From Entomortierella parvispora E1425 (lineage: Eukaryota; Fungi; Mortierellomycota): a stretch of DNA of 64,000 nt. The notes under the pieces were generated by a model, which did no database searches, was not told the DNA's origin, and was given only the letters and a program-made list of their open reading frames with translations. The position numbers were made by a program, and so were the translations under genes. The stretch is taken from contig BQFW01000004.1 in NCBI GenBank assembly GCA_020891255.1, positions 1,240,001-1,304,000 of the forward strand, read 5' to 3'. This document shows positions 38,259 through 50,500 of this stretch, in pieces. Position 1 is the stretch's first letter. Every line of letters starts with the position of its first letter.

Positions 38259-39860
38259 ATGGGGATTCGAGGACTCCCAAAGGAGCTACAAAAGTGCGGT
38301 GGTATCGCTGGAAGTTTCTGCAAAGGCACTGGAAAGATCATCCATGTGGACCTTCTAAGTCGATATTTTAGGCTACTGAATGTACGAGCCTTTCAAATTG
38401 TACAACACTTTGCCAGAACCACGCCTGTACCTGCGCTGCCACTGGAGACAGAGGCCACAGAAGGATCAAACAAGAGGAAGGCGATCAGTGATCTTGTTGC
38501 ATGCAAAAACTACTTACCTGATGAGGTAAATATATCGAATCAATCAGCACAAAGCAGAGCCGGCTAACTTATTACGAGTCCTCCAGCGCGGTAATAGCTC
38601 GTCTTTGGGACGACGGTCGATCTCGACGAGGAAGCATTCACAGGGCGGGTAAATACTGCTGCTTTTGACGAGATTGCCTCCAGCAGAGGATGTCCTAGAG
38701 TGGGGAGTCGAGTCCTCATCGGCAGTGGGGGCAGTAGGGGTCCAAGTAAGTGTGGCGGCTGAAGAAACATGCCGCGCTGGTATGTAGCTCAGGTCCTGGG
38801 GTCTGGAGAGCATGGTGGGTGTAAGTTCCTCATCCCACTCATCTAAATCCTTCTTTGAGACTGTGGGGTGCTGTCGCTGCTCCTGTTCTCTCAAGGTAAG
38901 CTGGTCAGTCTCATTGATAAGTCGCTTCAGACGTGCAGAGATGGACCCACTGGATGAAGGGACTGATCTGACTGCTAGCTCCTGCTGCTGTCGATGAACT
39001 TCGCGTTCCTTTTTTTTTTTTTTTTTTTTTTTTTTTGATTCAGTCAATACCTCATCTCTTCCCCTCTTCTTCATGTCCACTGCTTCTTCCCATTATCAAA
39101 AGCATACGCGTACATTTGGTTCAAGATGTGTACTCCAATCACCAAGCCAACAGCTGTGATAGGCAAGACAGAAAGGCTTTTGCTGCTAAAAAGTCCACAG
39201 CACGCTGTGGTCATTGTTGCTCTGCTCCGCCGCTGCTTTCCTTCGACTACTCCCTCTCCAGCAGCATGAACGGACGGGGATCGTTGACAGCGATGGAATA
39301 ACTCTGCCGAGCATCAATGACATGCAGAACTTCTTGCCCTCGCACCAGCACGAATCTGTTGAAGATGTAGAGACGTCGACTGTACGTTTCAACCAAGTCC
39401 AACGACTCCTGCACGAGTTCTATGGATCCAAGAGGGTAAAGACAATGGAATTGGAGTTGAAGAAGGCAAAGAAGGCAGAGATGGAGATCGCAATCGACGC
39501 TATTCTCAAGCAGTGCACCTCCAAAACCTTATATTGCTATGGCAACGGCTCTTTTCGAGTGGGCATCAATCTCGCGTCCCCCCCCCCCCACACGAAACAT
39601 ACAAGGCTCTTTTTGCACAAAGGGTAAGATTGATTCTTCTTCTTTCTAGATGCTTGCCCCGTCCCACACACATTGACAGATATGCCTCGATTATTTATGA
39701 TGAATTTAGGCTGTTGCTGCAGGACACGTCGTTATGTTGGTGGACGAGCACCTCACCTCCAGTATGTGCCCCACCTGTCGAGTCTGGTGACGCGTCCCGA
39801 CGTGCAAAACCCACAGTGAGGTCATGCGCCTGCTTCCATACCGCACAATCCACGCCTTAA
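38259..39860 (+). pseudogene. Decayed Fanzor-like gene: XPG/PIN-like N-terminal stub and RuvC-II/Zn-finger C-terminal part; middle missing
   Basis: MGIRGL...IHVDLLSRYF; LHEFYGS..LYCYGNG.F; after intron 39624-39709 GHVVMLVDEHLTSSMCPTC..AKPTVRSCAC. Confidence 0.65.
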
Positions 39861-39890
39861 TTCCTTCTTGCACGCTGTGGAAGGCGAGCT

Positions 39891-41345
39891 TTAGGGCTTT
39901 TTAGGGTTTGTTTTTATATCCCCTCCTCTCCCCTCTTTTGCACCGGCCGAAAGCCTTTCAAACCCTCTGGGTGACGTAATTAAGGCGTGGATTGTCCTGG
40001 AGCCGCATGCTTGGTATGTGGCAGGTGAGTTCACAGGGACATAGTCGGCGCGCACAACATCGCTGCAGCAGGCGAGGTTTGGATCAGAACCTTGACGAGA
40101 CCGCTGGCCCTGCGCCGCAAGTCCACCCCAAGCCAAACAACACAATCAAATACCTGCGCCGAAACCGCAGTCACTGCTTATCCCGTGGCTGTTTCGACAG
40201 TGTAAGGGATACTGATGGTCTTTATGTGAAATATGAAACTCCCTACCAGTTGTAGAGACGGGATGGGTTGTAGATAGGCTTATCCTCAATCAAGGGCATC
40301 CAGACCTTCTTGGTCTGCTTCCATCCTCGAATGTCTCTCCTTGTGGCCCGACCTGCTTCCTTGACCTCTGGAACCCGCTCTTTGAGCGTGAATTTCAGGT
40401 GTGCTGTTGGGTGGTGCATCACCCCAAACTTTCCACGTGCATGCGTCTTAATGCGGCGATGGTAGATTCCTTTGCCAACCCATGCGCGATCTGCAAGAGA
40501 CGATGAGTAAAATCATAAGTATTGAGTCCTATCTCATATGGTACCTCAAACCCAAATTACGTGTAGTGCAATTGGACATTACCAACGTAGAGCTTTCCAG
40601 CATCCATGGCATATTTTTCCTGAGTGGTGGCGTTGGTGCGGGCGAATGCCAATGTGTTCATGATTCGCTTTCCAGGCCGCTTTTGTGAAAATTCCATTTG
40701 GTTGATGGCATTTTGGATGTCAAGCCCTTTGATTTGGTTAGCGAGCAAACGAAGCTTTTTGGTGCTAGTTTTGAAGTTAGCGGTTGAGAATTGATACTAA
40801 ACGACGGTGGAATATAGGGAGTATTAGTGTGGAGTGGAAATTGCAGAATGTGGAAGGTAAACCCAGCCAGATCTACAACACCAAAATTGAAGATTTTCCT
40901 TTATACAGTCATTTGTGTTTATGATAGTTGAGTCGATTGTTGCTGTTTACCTCCTTGGCAGTAGCTTTTCCGCCTTGTTCAACAGGAACCTGGTTAACGT
41001 GTGAGCTGACATCACCGAACAAAGATGAGGCACCCAACTCGGGCTTGATAGGGGTCATCGTATTTTTTTGCTCCGCAAAACGAGCGGCCATGACTTGGAA
41101 TCCACGGGTTGTAACCTGGTTCAGACTAAAATGGTGGATTAGAGATGAGAGGTTAGATTCGGCGAAGAAGTTCGCATGTGAAATGCAAGGGGTTGTAGCC
41201 TGGAAATGCGTCACTGTCCTCCGACGCCAGTTTTCCTGTTGCAGCAACGCGCATTGGTAGAATCAGTAGATAGTAAATGAGTGTACCTCCGGAGAGTCGA
41301 AGTAGGCTGCTGTGTGCGCAGGGCTGATTTCAGAGCACCAAACAT
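39891..41345 (-). CDS. MRPL22: Mitochondrial ribosomal protein L22 (multi-exon)
   Basis: Presequence MFGALKSALR; STKKLRLLANQIKGL..AINQMEFSQKRPGK. Confidence 0.85.
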
Positions 41346-42189
41346 TGTGCGATGGAAATGGGGCGGAAGAGGATGGTTGACATGAGCATCCAATGAACGG
41401 CGCCAACAGGGCAATCGATTGCCCTTGTGGCTTAGCAAGCCAGGTTTGTTATTGCAGTCACACAACGCAAAATAGGCGATAAATTATGTAAATTCCTATT
41501 CGCAAAAGCAAGCAGATGTCCAACTCTTTGCAAGGACGGAGGAATAGGTGACTTGCTGCTTCACAGCGAGCCATGGTGGATGAACAGATGGAGTCTATTG
41601 AAGAGAGTTGGACACAAAGTGATGAGCTGAGAAGGGTGGTTCTGTCTCTTTTTACATACAAATAAATAGTGCTGCTGTCTCCATACCATCATACCTATGG
41701 AGTCAAAAGAAGATCAGATTTTCGCTGTTGATGGGGGGAGGGGGGCGGAAAGGCCAATTGTGGAGTAGAATGTTCCGCGTGCTGGCTTCTTTAACACATT
41801 CCTCCCTGCCGGTAGCTGTCACACCCCTTGCCGAGGCTACACTGCTGATCAATACAAATCTGTGCAACACAGGGGTAAAAAACATCGGACCTACGATTTT
41901 GCCAACCCGCCCCGAAGATCGTTAGATCAAAAGCGTTGAAACACATCAAGGTTTGGGAGGGGTAAATGAGCCGTGGGTCCGTCAGGACGGTGATTCGCAA
42001 AGTTTCTCACGCTGTGGAATCGAGCCGACCCACGTTCGTAATCCCTCTCCATTTTTAGACATGGCATCGACATTCTTGGAGCACTTCCCGACATTTACGT
42101 TCGATATCAAACCTTTGACAGGCAGCTTGATACTAGCACAGTTGAAATCACCTTTCACACCAACGAGCAAAGGGAGACTGGAAGCATTC

Positions 42190-42420
42190 TATCGGGTGGA
42201 GCTTTATGGGGGTGTTTGTCAATGGGATGGATGGCCTTCCCAACGTTGTTCCGCAGATGAAAGAGATATCATATCTCTGTGACACAAAGATGAGAGCCCG
42301 CAGGGTATTTTGTACTGTATCTACTGTACAGCCATCAATATACAGTGACAAGCAGTTGCTCGAAATCTTGAGAATGAAAGTGGTGCCTGAGAGACAGAGG
42401 CCCTACTTACAGGCCTAGCG
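42190..42420 (+). pseudogene. Highly eroded Fanzor-like C-terminal remnant
   Basis: Across frames: GVFVNGMD/PSQRCS, ILYCIYC, AVARNL and RQRPYLQ resemble the V-E-TSxxC / CxxC / D-xA-xN / YLQP tail of the 61733 protein. Confidence 0.35.
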
Positions 42421-42853
42421 ATCATGCACTTGGAAGCGGTAGAGAACACTACTCTCTTCGTTAACCCCATCAAACAAGACAATAAAAAAAAAGACAGGCG
42501 GAGATGACATACACACGCTGAGGACTCGAGACCATGTAGTATTCAATTTGTCACAATATCACAATAAAGAAATCCAATCCCGCTCGTCTTCTCTTCACAA
42601 TAAAAGCGCCATCAGCCGGTTCTCCCCCCCTCCGTCAACTTCCCAATTTTTTTTTCTGCCTCTATTCGTCCCCTCCCGTCCCCTCTCCGTTCTACCCTCT
42701 CTCCCTCTCCCCCCTCTCTCCCTCTCCCCCCTCTTCCCCACCTACACCCCCGCCCATTCGACTCCTACCCTCGAGCCCTCCCTTACTCCATCTCTTTCCT
42801 TTTCCTCTATCAAATCCCCTTTCTTAACTCATCTCCCAGTATCTACTACAATC

Positions 42854-44197
42854 ATGGGACTTCGCTGGACATCCCCTTTAGCCCAGGTTCTGGCAGTAGG
42901 AGTCATCTGCTTTTGCTGTCCTGGTATGTTCAATGCTCTGAACTCGCTCGGTGGTGGCGGTCAAGTGGATTCCAAGGTCGGCCAGAATGCCAACGTAGCC
43001 CTCTACACTTGCTTTGCCGTGTTTGGCCTACTTTCTGGCGCCATCCATAACAAGCTGGGACCAAAATGGACAATTTTTATCGGATGTGCTGCCTACATGC
43101 TCTATGTCGGATCACTACTCTGCTACAATCATACCAAGGCTGGAGGATTCACAATTGCTGCCGGAGGAATCCTTGGCGTGGGTGCCGGCATGCTCTGGAC
43201 CGCTCAAGGTGCCATGATGATGGCATACCCTCGTGAACAAGACAAGGGCAAGTTCATTGGCTACTTCTGGGCTATTTTCAACATGGGCGCTGTCCTGGGT
43301 TCCGTCATTGCATTTGGAATCAACTTCAATCTGACAGAAGCAAAGTCTCTGGGAGACTCGACCTACGCCGTCTTCCTTGCCATTATGGGAGTAGGCACTT
43401 TGGTTGCCCTCTCACTCGCTCCTCCTTCCTCGGTTACACATTCGAACGGCGACAAGATCTTGATTCAAAGGTTTCCAACTTGGACTGGTGAAATTAAGGC
43501 GATTCTGAGGCTATTCTTGGACTGGCATATGGTTGTCCTCATTCCCATGTTCTTGTCGTCCAACTGGTTCTACTCTTATCAGTTCTCGACTGTCAATGGA
43601 CGTTATTTCTCGATCCGCACTCAGTCCTTGAACAACATTTTCTATTGGGCTTCTCAGATCTTTGGGTCTTACACGTTTGCGCGTGTCCTCGACTTCCAGG
43701 GCGTGAACCGTCGCACACGTGCCCTCTGGGGATTAACCATCATTTGCTGCTTCTTTGTTGCTACATGGGTTGGTGGTATCTTTTTCCAGCGCACTTACCA
43801 CATCAACGAGCCCAAGCCCAACCATGACTTCAAGGAGGGCTCGTCCTATGTCGGGCCCTTATTTCTGTATATGTTTTATGGACTGAACGATGCAGCATGG
43901 CAGACGTTTATCTATTGGCTCATGGGTGCTCTGTCGAACGACGCGACGGTCCTCTCCCGATATGCCGGCTTTTACAAGTGTATCCAGTCATGTGGTGCTG
44001 CTGTATCTTGGCGTATCAATGCTGTTGGCACCCCGTTTATGACAGAGTTGATTATCTGCTTCGCTCTCCTTGGCGCTTCCATTCCAGGGGCTTACTTTTT
44101 GGCCTCGCGTATCGAGGATCACAACGAAGAGGCTGGCGAGTATGACCTTCCCCAATCAAAACAGAAAAATGAAGTTGAGGCCACAGAACAGATCTGA
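42854..44197 (+). CDS. UNC93-like MFS membrane protein
   Basis: FCCPGMFNALNSLGGGG, WTAQGAMMMAYP, multiple hydrophobic helices. Confidence 0.9.
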   Translation: MGLRWTSPLAQVLAVGVICFCCPGMFNALNSLGGGGQVDSKVGQNANVALYTCFAVFGLLSGAIHNKLGPKWTIFIGCAAYMLYVGSLLCYNHTKAGGFTIAAGGILGVGAGMLWTAQGAMMMAYPREQDKGKFIGYFWAIFNMGAVLGSVIAFGINFNLTEAKSLGDSTYAVFLAIMGVGTLVALSLAPPSSVTHSNGDKILIQRFPTWTGEIKAILRLFLDWHMVVLIPMFLSSNWFYSYQFSTVNGRYFSIRTQSLNNIFYWASQIFGSYTFARVLDFQGVNRRTRALWGLTIICCFFVATWVGGIFFQRTYHINEPKPNHDFKEGSSYVGPLFLYMFYGLNDAAWQTFIYWLMGALSNDATVLSRYAGFYKCIQSCGAAVSWRINAVGTPFMTELIICFALLGASIPGAYFLASRIEDHNEEAGEYDLPQSKQKNEVEATEQI

Positions 44198-44466
44198 GCA
44201 AATACTCCTTACTTCTTTAAACATCAATACAATTAAATTTGTATCCTTGACTTCCCAGTTGCCCTAAATTGACCCATTTGTCCTAGAAGCCGGGACCCAT
44301 CCCAATTGTAATTAGCATCAGCACTGGTTAGAACTTTTTGAATAGACGGCCTTTTTTTACCTCACTTTATTGTCTTAACCTCTTCTCACATCTCTCACCC
44401 CACCACACTTGCCCCCATCAACAGTGGTCACCATTTCGTCATTAATACATTGTACGTTTTGACATC

Positions 44467-46856
44467 ATGATTCTCCAGATCCAGACTATGCATTCCAAGG
44501 CTGATCTTGAAGAAACTGCTAGCAACTACACTCCACTGGTGTTCAGTAATCGAACCCAGCGGAGAGGCTTGAGTACAAGGGTGAGCAGAAGTAGTCCACG
44601 AGGCCAGACGTCGCCGGGCTTGTCAGTCGTTTCCTTGTCCGCTTATTCTACACGGTCTTCCGTCGATCACAGCCTGCGTTCGTCGTGTCCTTTGTCTTCG
44701 TCATCTTCCCAGTCGTCTGCGACTGCAAACGGGAATAGAGCTCTCCCCTCACCATCTCCAGTACTCAAATCTCCATTGTTGGACAAGTCTGCGACTTGTG
44801 TGCAGTATACGGCTGCTTCAAGGCACTTCCTGCTCAGTCGACGTTCAACAAAATTGGTAGCCGTCTTAGCTTCCGGCCTCCTGGTCACTTCGTTCCTATC
44901 TCAGTTTCCGGCTGGTTCAGAAGCACAGGCAATTAACAGAGATGGTGCAGGAAGTGGTCTCCTGCACTTACTGACGGGTGCGAGTTTAGGCGGTCAATGG
45001 GACCTGATTGGGCATTCTGGCGTCTCTGCGATGCATGCTGTGCTCCGGCCATTCACAGAGAGTGTCCTCTTTCTGGAGAGGGTTCAATCGTCGACATTTG
45101 CCAAAGCTCAGGGATCCAGCGCCGTAAGAGGGAATGAGGGTGACAAATTTGCTTGGTCTACTGAATTTTCGCCCAAGGAAGGCGAGTGGCGATCGCTAAA
45201 CGTGATGAGCAACATGTTTTGTAGCGCAGGAGGATACCTCCCGGATGGGGTACGTGTTAACGTTTTGTAAAATCGTCACCGCGCTTTTGAGGACGTTTCA
45301 CTAAAGCGATATTAACTTCGTTTTTTCCGATAGACTGTGGTTTCTGTAGCTGGAGGACAGCCATCAGATGATATCGAGCAAGGGTATGATGGGATTCGGC
45401 TCTACAAGCCATGCAATGGCACAAAGTGCGACTGGAAACAAGACTTTAAGGTCCATTTGCAAGAAAAGCGATGGTATCCAACCGTGGGTAAGCTAAAAAT
45501 ATTATCCTTTTTACGCTGGCCTTGTCAAACGGCGATATCAAGCGATATCGTTAGGTTTAAGTTCTCCTTGGGTTTCTAACGTAAAAGTATGGCGTGACTG
45601 ATCTCATAGAATCGCTGGCTACCGGGGAGTTGTTCATCCTTGGGGGGTCGAACCATGCTGCAAGTGTCAATAATGACCATATAAATGTCCCAAACTTTGA
45701 ACTCTTTCCCCCACTCCCTGGGAACCAAAAAACTATTGACTTTCCATTCTTAGTCGAGACTCTACCCAACAACCTCTACCCAATAGTTCACCTACTACCC
45801 GATAGGAGCCTCTTCATCCTCGCGTCAACAAAGGCTATCATTCTCAGCGCATCTACCTGGAAGATCATCAAGCGACTACCTGATATCCCAGGTTCACCTC
45901 GCAACTACCCACTCACTGGAGGATCCGTCCTTCTACCATTACTCCCCGAGAATAATTTTGAGCCCGAAATCCTAGTCTGTGGAGGCGCAACAGAATTCTC
46001 GACACAGGCAAAAGGTGTTTCTTCTTGTGGTCGAATTGCTCCTCTGTCCAAGAATCCAACTTGGGAAATGGAGGACATGCCTTTAGCTCGGATGATGCCT
46101 GATATGGCACATCTTGCCGATGGCACAATTGCAATTTTGAACGGAGCCGAGACTGGAACTGCAGGTTTCGACCGGGCTTCAGACCCAGTTCTTCACCCAG
46201 TTCAGTACAGTCCTGGCGCGCCACCGGGAAAGCGTTTCAAGGTCTGGAACCCGAGTGCGATCGCAAGAATGTATCACTCTGTCGCGTTTATGCTGCCTGA
46301 CATGAGTCTTCTTGTTGCTGGATCCAATCCAAATGGCAAACCAGTAAACTATGGCGACGGCGAATTCCCCACTGAATATCGCGTAGAGCGATTCAGTCCT
46401 CCATATCTCTTCCCTCAACAACACCAAGAGCCCCCAGAGACCGTCGTCGTGCAGCAGGATGCAAGGACATTGGCGCAAGCCAAGGCTAGTGCGCCCCCCG
46501 TTGCGCAGGCAGAGATTGTGGGCTGGCCAACAGAGATCAAGTACGGAGAGACATTCGACCTGAAGTTGCAGTGGTATAACAGATACCCAGAGCAGATCCA
46601 AGTATCGCTTATCCAACCAGGGTTTATTACCCATTCGACCCATATGAGTCAACGGTTTGTTGGCCTGGAGGTGATAAAACGTGGTCCGAAGGTGCTAGCT
46701 ATTGAATCGGGCGACAGTTCTACGTCCGATTCAGGGTTGGTAAGAGTCAGGGCGCCAGCGACCAATGGATTAGCACCTCCAAGTCATTATATGATCGCAG
46801 TTGTAGTAGATGGCGTGCCCGTTGTTGAAGCAAAATGGGTTCAGTTGAGCGCATAA
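44467..46856 (+). CDS. Glyoxal/galactose oxidase-like copper radical oxidase (AA5), two introns
   Basis: MFCSAG, KRWYPT, RNYP, RMYHS, THS copper/Tyr-Cys ligand motifs; N-terminal membrane anchor. Confidence 0.9.
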
Positions 46857-46887
46857 GGTCTAAGTAAAGTTTTAATATTAACATAAT

Positions 46888-49182
46888 CTAAGAAAGAACC
46901 TTTCCAAGGCGAATGCCAACCATAATACGCTCGGCCATATTGCGATCCTTGCGGCCAACAAGACTTGTCGCTCGTCCACCACGTCCACCTCGTGCGGTTC
47001 GGCCGACACGGTGGAGATAGTCGACAATTGTGACTGGGAAATCATAAAGAACAACGTGCTGGACAGCTGTAGTGTCAATGCCTCGGGAAGCAATATCGGT
47101 AGAGATCAAAATCTTGCCTCCCATACCGGCTGTCGAGTTGGAGGTGGGAATAGGAGGGACAAATGTGTCGTTGGTGAATTGTTCCAAGATCTCATCCCGA
47201 TTGGCGGCGTCTCCGTGCAATACTCCCAGAACTCCTGGTACCTTGTTCGACTTGAGATGTTCATGAAGGATCTCGCAGGAATGTTTTGTATTGCAGAAAA
47301 TCAGAGTATTCTCTTTTCTTGTCGTGCCCACCACATGCTGTTGTTTGGCCAGGATGTCCAGAATGGCTTTGGGCCTGTTTCCAAAATAGGGCTTTAAATC
47401 TAAAAATGTTTGGTGCAAGCCAGGAAGAGACTTGTGGAGCGAAGGCGTAGTGATCTTGAGAAGGCCAGGTAACGTTTCATCCAGGGTGTCCGATACTTTC
47501 TTAGGCAAAGTCGCCGAGACAACAGTAATTTTGACGGCATCCCTCGCTGAAGAGGAAGTAGCAGCCTTGGCTTGCCCGACAATCCGGGTCACTTCTGCTC
47601 CAAATCCTCGATCGAACATAGAGTCAGCCTCATCAATTACTAGGTGTCGGAGCGAGTCGAAGGAGAGCCGGTTCTCCTCAAATAGGTTTGCACTGCCTCT
47701 TGGTTTCCTATCGTCTTCAATGGGTTGCTTCGATCCTCTGTCAGGTTTAGGAAGATAGTCCAACAGACTGGCTGGAGTAGCCACTACGATATCCACAGGT
47801 CCTTGGGCCAGTCGTTGGGCCACACTTTTCGGCGGCAATGCATGCGATATTGTCAACGTGCGGAGTTTGACGGTATGGGAAAGTTCTTTGAGGATGCCGG
47901 ATACTTGCGCAACTAGCTCGCGTGACGGTAACAGCACGATTGCGCGTGGCTGATTATATTGTCGGATCGTACTCAAGGCTCTAGTTTTGCTGCCTTCCTG
48001 ATCGATCCCACCTTCTTCCTTGAAATCGCGCACAGCACGGTCTTCCTGTGCCTTCAGCTCGTGTAAAACAGGAACAAGGTATGCCAGTGTCTTTCCAGAT
48101 CCAGTCTCTGCTGCACAAAGAGTGTAAGGGGACTTTTTGGCTGGATCAATAGAAGCAGGGATGGTCATGGCTTGGATCTCTGTTGGTCTGATACGAGAGA
48201 AATCTGGCGTTTCTGCATTTTCTGCACTCTCCATTGTATCCGTGGTTGAATGACGAGTAGCTTTTGATCTTTGCGTCGATTTCCAGAGTATCTCAAGGAC
48301 ACCTTTCTCTACATCTGGATGGAGCCCCATGTCCTCAAATCGACTGTTGGCCACCTTCTTAAGCATTTCTTGTACGCTTTCCTGAGGCATTGCGAATGTT
48401 TGGTCTATACCAGATTCTCCCGCTGTTGTCGAAGTTTGGGTCCCACTGGAGTTGATGGCGCCGCCAGATGCATAGAGCTTAAACTTTGAGGTGGGTATCT
48501 TTCTGGTTGAAACCAAATTCAGGTTCACATCCGAAGCAATTGGTTTCAACGCAAACCGAACAGGGACAAACCCACGCACTTTAGGCCCAGAGCGTCTCTT
48601 TGCCCCGGCCTCGATCAGCGTCCTCTCTGCAGCTGCAGCCTTGTCACGTCCAGCATTTCCGGTCTTCAATGGCAAGGCAACTCTACTGTTTCCTCTGTAC
48701 TTTGATGCAAAGCCAGGCGCAAAAGAGTGCTCGAATTGTGGATTTCTTGACCCTTTCTCCAGTGAAGTCACAGAGATGGAAGTAGACGGGATGTGTCGTC
48801 TTGAAGATCCCCCTGCGTTGAGTGTTCTCCTTGATCCAGATTCTTCTGCAATTTTAGAAGAGATTCCATCGACTTGCTTCCACTGGCGAGCTTTGGAGCG
48901 TTGGACCTGTTCTCGAGAGGGAAACTTCCCACTGAAAGCGTTGTTTGATGAAGAGGGAGCCGTAGGTGCTTTTTTTGACATTGCTGCTTTAGTTGCCTGA
49001 AACTTTTGCTCTCGGACAAGTCGCTGCTTGGGACGAGGCGCTCTTTTGTCAAGAGCAGATCCGGTTGTTGAGAAGGGCTGGCTCTTTGATGATGCTCCAA
49101 CAGTGGGTGATACCCATGGGTAGAATGCAGCCTTTGGGCACGCAAGACGCCCACTGCCCATGGCTTGGCCGCCAAAGGTCAA
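46888..49182 (-). CDS. MRH4: DEAD-box RNA helicase, Mrh4-like (mitochondrial)
   Basis: AETGSGKT, DEAD, SAT, HRVGRTAR; long N-terminal presequence-like region. Confidence 0.75.
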   Translation of the reverse strand: MTFGGQAMGSGRLACPKAAFYPWVSPTVGASSKSQPFSTTGSALDKRAPRPKQRLVREQKFQATKAAMSKKAPTAPSSSNNAFSGKFPSREQVQRSKARQWKQVDGISSKIAEESGSRRTLNAGGSSRRHIPSTSISVTSLEKGSRNPQFEHSFAPGFASKYRGNSRVALPLKTGNAGRDKAAAAERTLIEAGAKRRSGPKVRGFVPVRFALKPIASDVNLNLVSTRKIPTSKFKLYASGGAINSSGTQTSTTAGESGIDQTFAMPQESVQEMLKKVANSRFEDMGLHPDVEKGVLEILWKSTQRSKATRHSTTDTMESAENAETPDFSRIRPTEIQAMTIPASIDPAKKSPYTLCAAETGSGKTLAYLVPVLHELKAQEDRAVRDFKEEGGIDQEGSKTRALSTIRQYNQPRAIVLLPSRELVAQVSGILKELSHTVKLRTLTISHALPPKSVAQRLAQGPVDIVVATPASLLDYLPKPDRGSKQPIEDDRKPRGSANLFEENRLSFDSLRHLVIDEADSMFDRGFGAEVTRIVGQAKAATSSSARDAVKITVVSATLPKKVSDTLDETLPGLLKITTPSLHKSLPGLHQTFLDLKPYFGNRPKAILDILAKQQHVVGTTRKENTLIFCNTKHSCEILHEHLKSNKVPGVLGVLHGDAANRDEILEQFTNDTFVPPIPTSNSTAGMGGKILISTDIASRGIDTTAVQHVVLYDFPVTIVDYLHRVGRTARGGRGGRATSLVGRKDRNMAERIMVGIRLGKVLS

Positions 49183-49466
49183 ACTAGCAGATCGAGGAGC
49201 ACTGCGAAGAAGAGAGAAAAGAGCTATGAGAAAGAGAAGGGTAGGACGGTTATTAGCTTAACAAAAACACACACACACACACACCACACAAAAACTCATT
49301 CAAATGAACTAAGCAAAGCGCAATCATGGAGAGCATTAGTGATAGTTGTACCTGACATGAGGGAATGTCGAGCGGGAGAAGGGTGAAGTTGTTGAAGTGC
49401 GGACGTCTGCGACGAAAGAGGAAAGTCAACATTGTGCTGAACAGCAGTCACCGGGGTTTATTTTTT

Positions 49467-50330
49467 TTAGACGAGTGTGCCTGCACACCTCGCCCGTGGG
49501 TAGCGCGTCTGAAGACTGGGCCATTGCACAACAAAGGTGTCGCACAGTGGATAGAGCAGTCTCCCCGTCAGACTCAGAGTTTGCACACGCGCAAAGCTTT
49601 CGACAAAGACCATGTCCGGGGTCCGCGCATCATCGACAGCGCCTAGCATCCGCAGCCCAATCACCGCCAGTACAAGAGACAGGCATGTGCCAGGTCCGTT
49701 CATGAGCAGAACAGTCTTCTGCGCTTGATTTCGGCCTAGAGTTTTCTCAGGAAGACAGGCCAGCTGTCGTATCAAGGTGATGGCTACTAAAAGCGATCTA
49801 GTCAGGGTGAATGGCGTGGTCAAGAACGACTGGTGCAAATATCGGCTCCTGGGTATTCTGTGTACGGTGTATCCTGAGAGCACGCTGTTTGCACCTGGGT
49901 GTTGTGCCCTCGTGTTCACTCCAGCACATCCCGCCATCCTTCCAGAGTTGAATGCAAAGGTTATATCTGACTGTTCCCTCGAGAGCTCGAATCTGTGCAC
50001 CTTCTCGAGACTTGAGTTATCGTCCTCTCCCACAACATAATGTCGTAGGTTGTATTTGGTAATGTCAAGGCCGGAAACGAGCTGCAGCATCTCGGAAGAA
50101 TGACCGCCAGAGCCAAGGTAGATGGTTGCGGTACAGGTTGTTTGGAGAGACATCTGGTTAGACGGGCCCTTCTCATCATGAGGCCTTGCATTCTTGGAAG
50201 GACGATGTTGCGGCAGAGCTCTATAGAGCCTGCTGGCCAGAATCACACCCAATGACGAGATGATGAGGAGCAAGGTAACGGCCCAGGCCGTTACTACCTC
50301 GGATGCATTGCTGTTGTTGAGGGTGTCCAT
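49467..50330 (-). CDS. ALG14: UDP-GlcNAc transferase subunit Alg14
   Basis: LGSGGHSSEM, IPRSR, NGPGTC, VESFARV..LSLTGRLLY..VQWP. Confidence 0.93.
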   Translation of the reverse strand: MDTLNNSNASEVVTAWAVTLLLIISSLGVILASRLYRALPQHRPSKNARPHDEKGPSNQMSLQTTCTATIYLGSGGHSSEMLQLVSGLDITKYNLRHYVVGEDDNSSLEKVHRFELSREQSDITFAFNSGRMAGCAGVNTRAQHPGANSVLSGYTVHRIPRSRYLHQSFLTTPFTLTRSLLVAITLIRQLACLPEKTLGRNQAQKTVLLMNGPGTCLSLVLAVIGLRMLGAVDDARTPDMVFVESFARVQTLSLTGRLLYPLCDTFVVQWPSLQTRYPRARCAGTLV

Positions 50331-50500
50331 GCGTCTGTCCTGGGAGGCGATTGTGGATTGTGGTTGTTGGTATTTTGGGCTGGTAATTTGAACACAGGCA
50401 GTGTGTGGCAGTGCAAAGTCAAGCGCTGTAAACAAAATAAAAGCTAACTCTTTGCCGGGGTTGTTCTCTTTATTGCAAAGACGTTTATTAACAATAGCAT

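Noticed and set aside
38544-39080. 178-aa minus-strand ORF as a host gene
   Set aside because: No recognisable domain, its start depends on a poly(A)-encoded lysine run, and it lies inside the Fanzor relic; left uncalled
39891-39906. Two TTAGGG units
   Set aside because: Only two, non-adjacent, at the end of a coding region; not a telomeric tract
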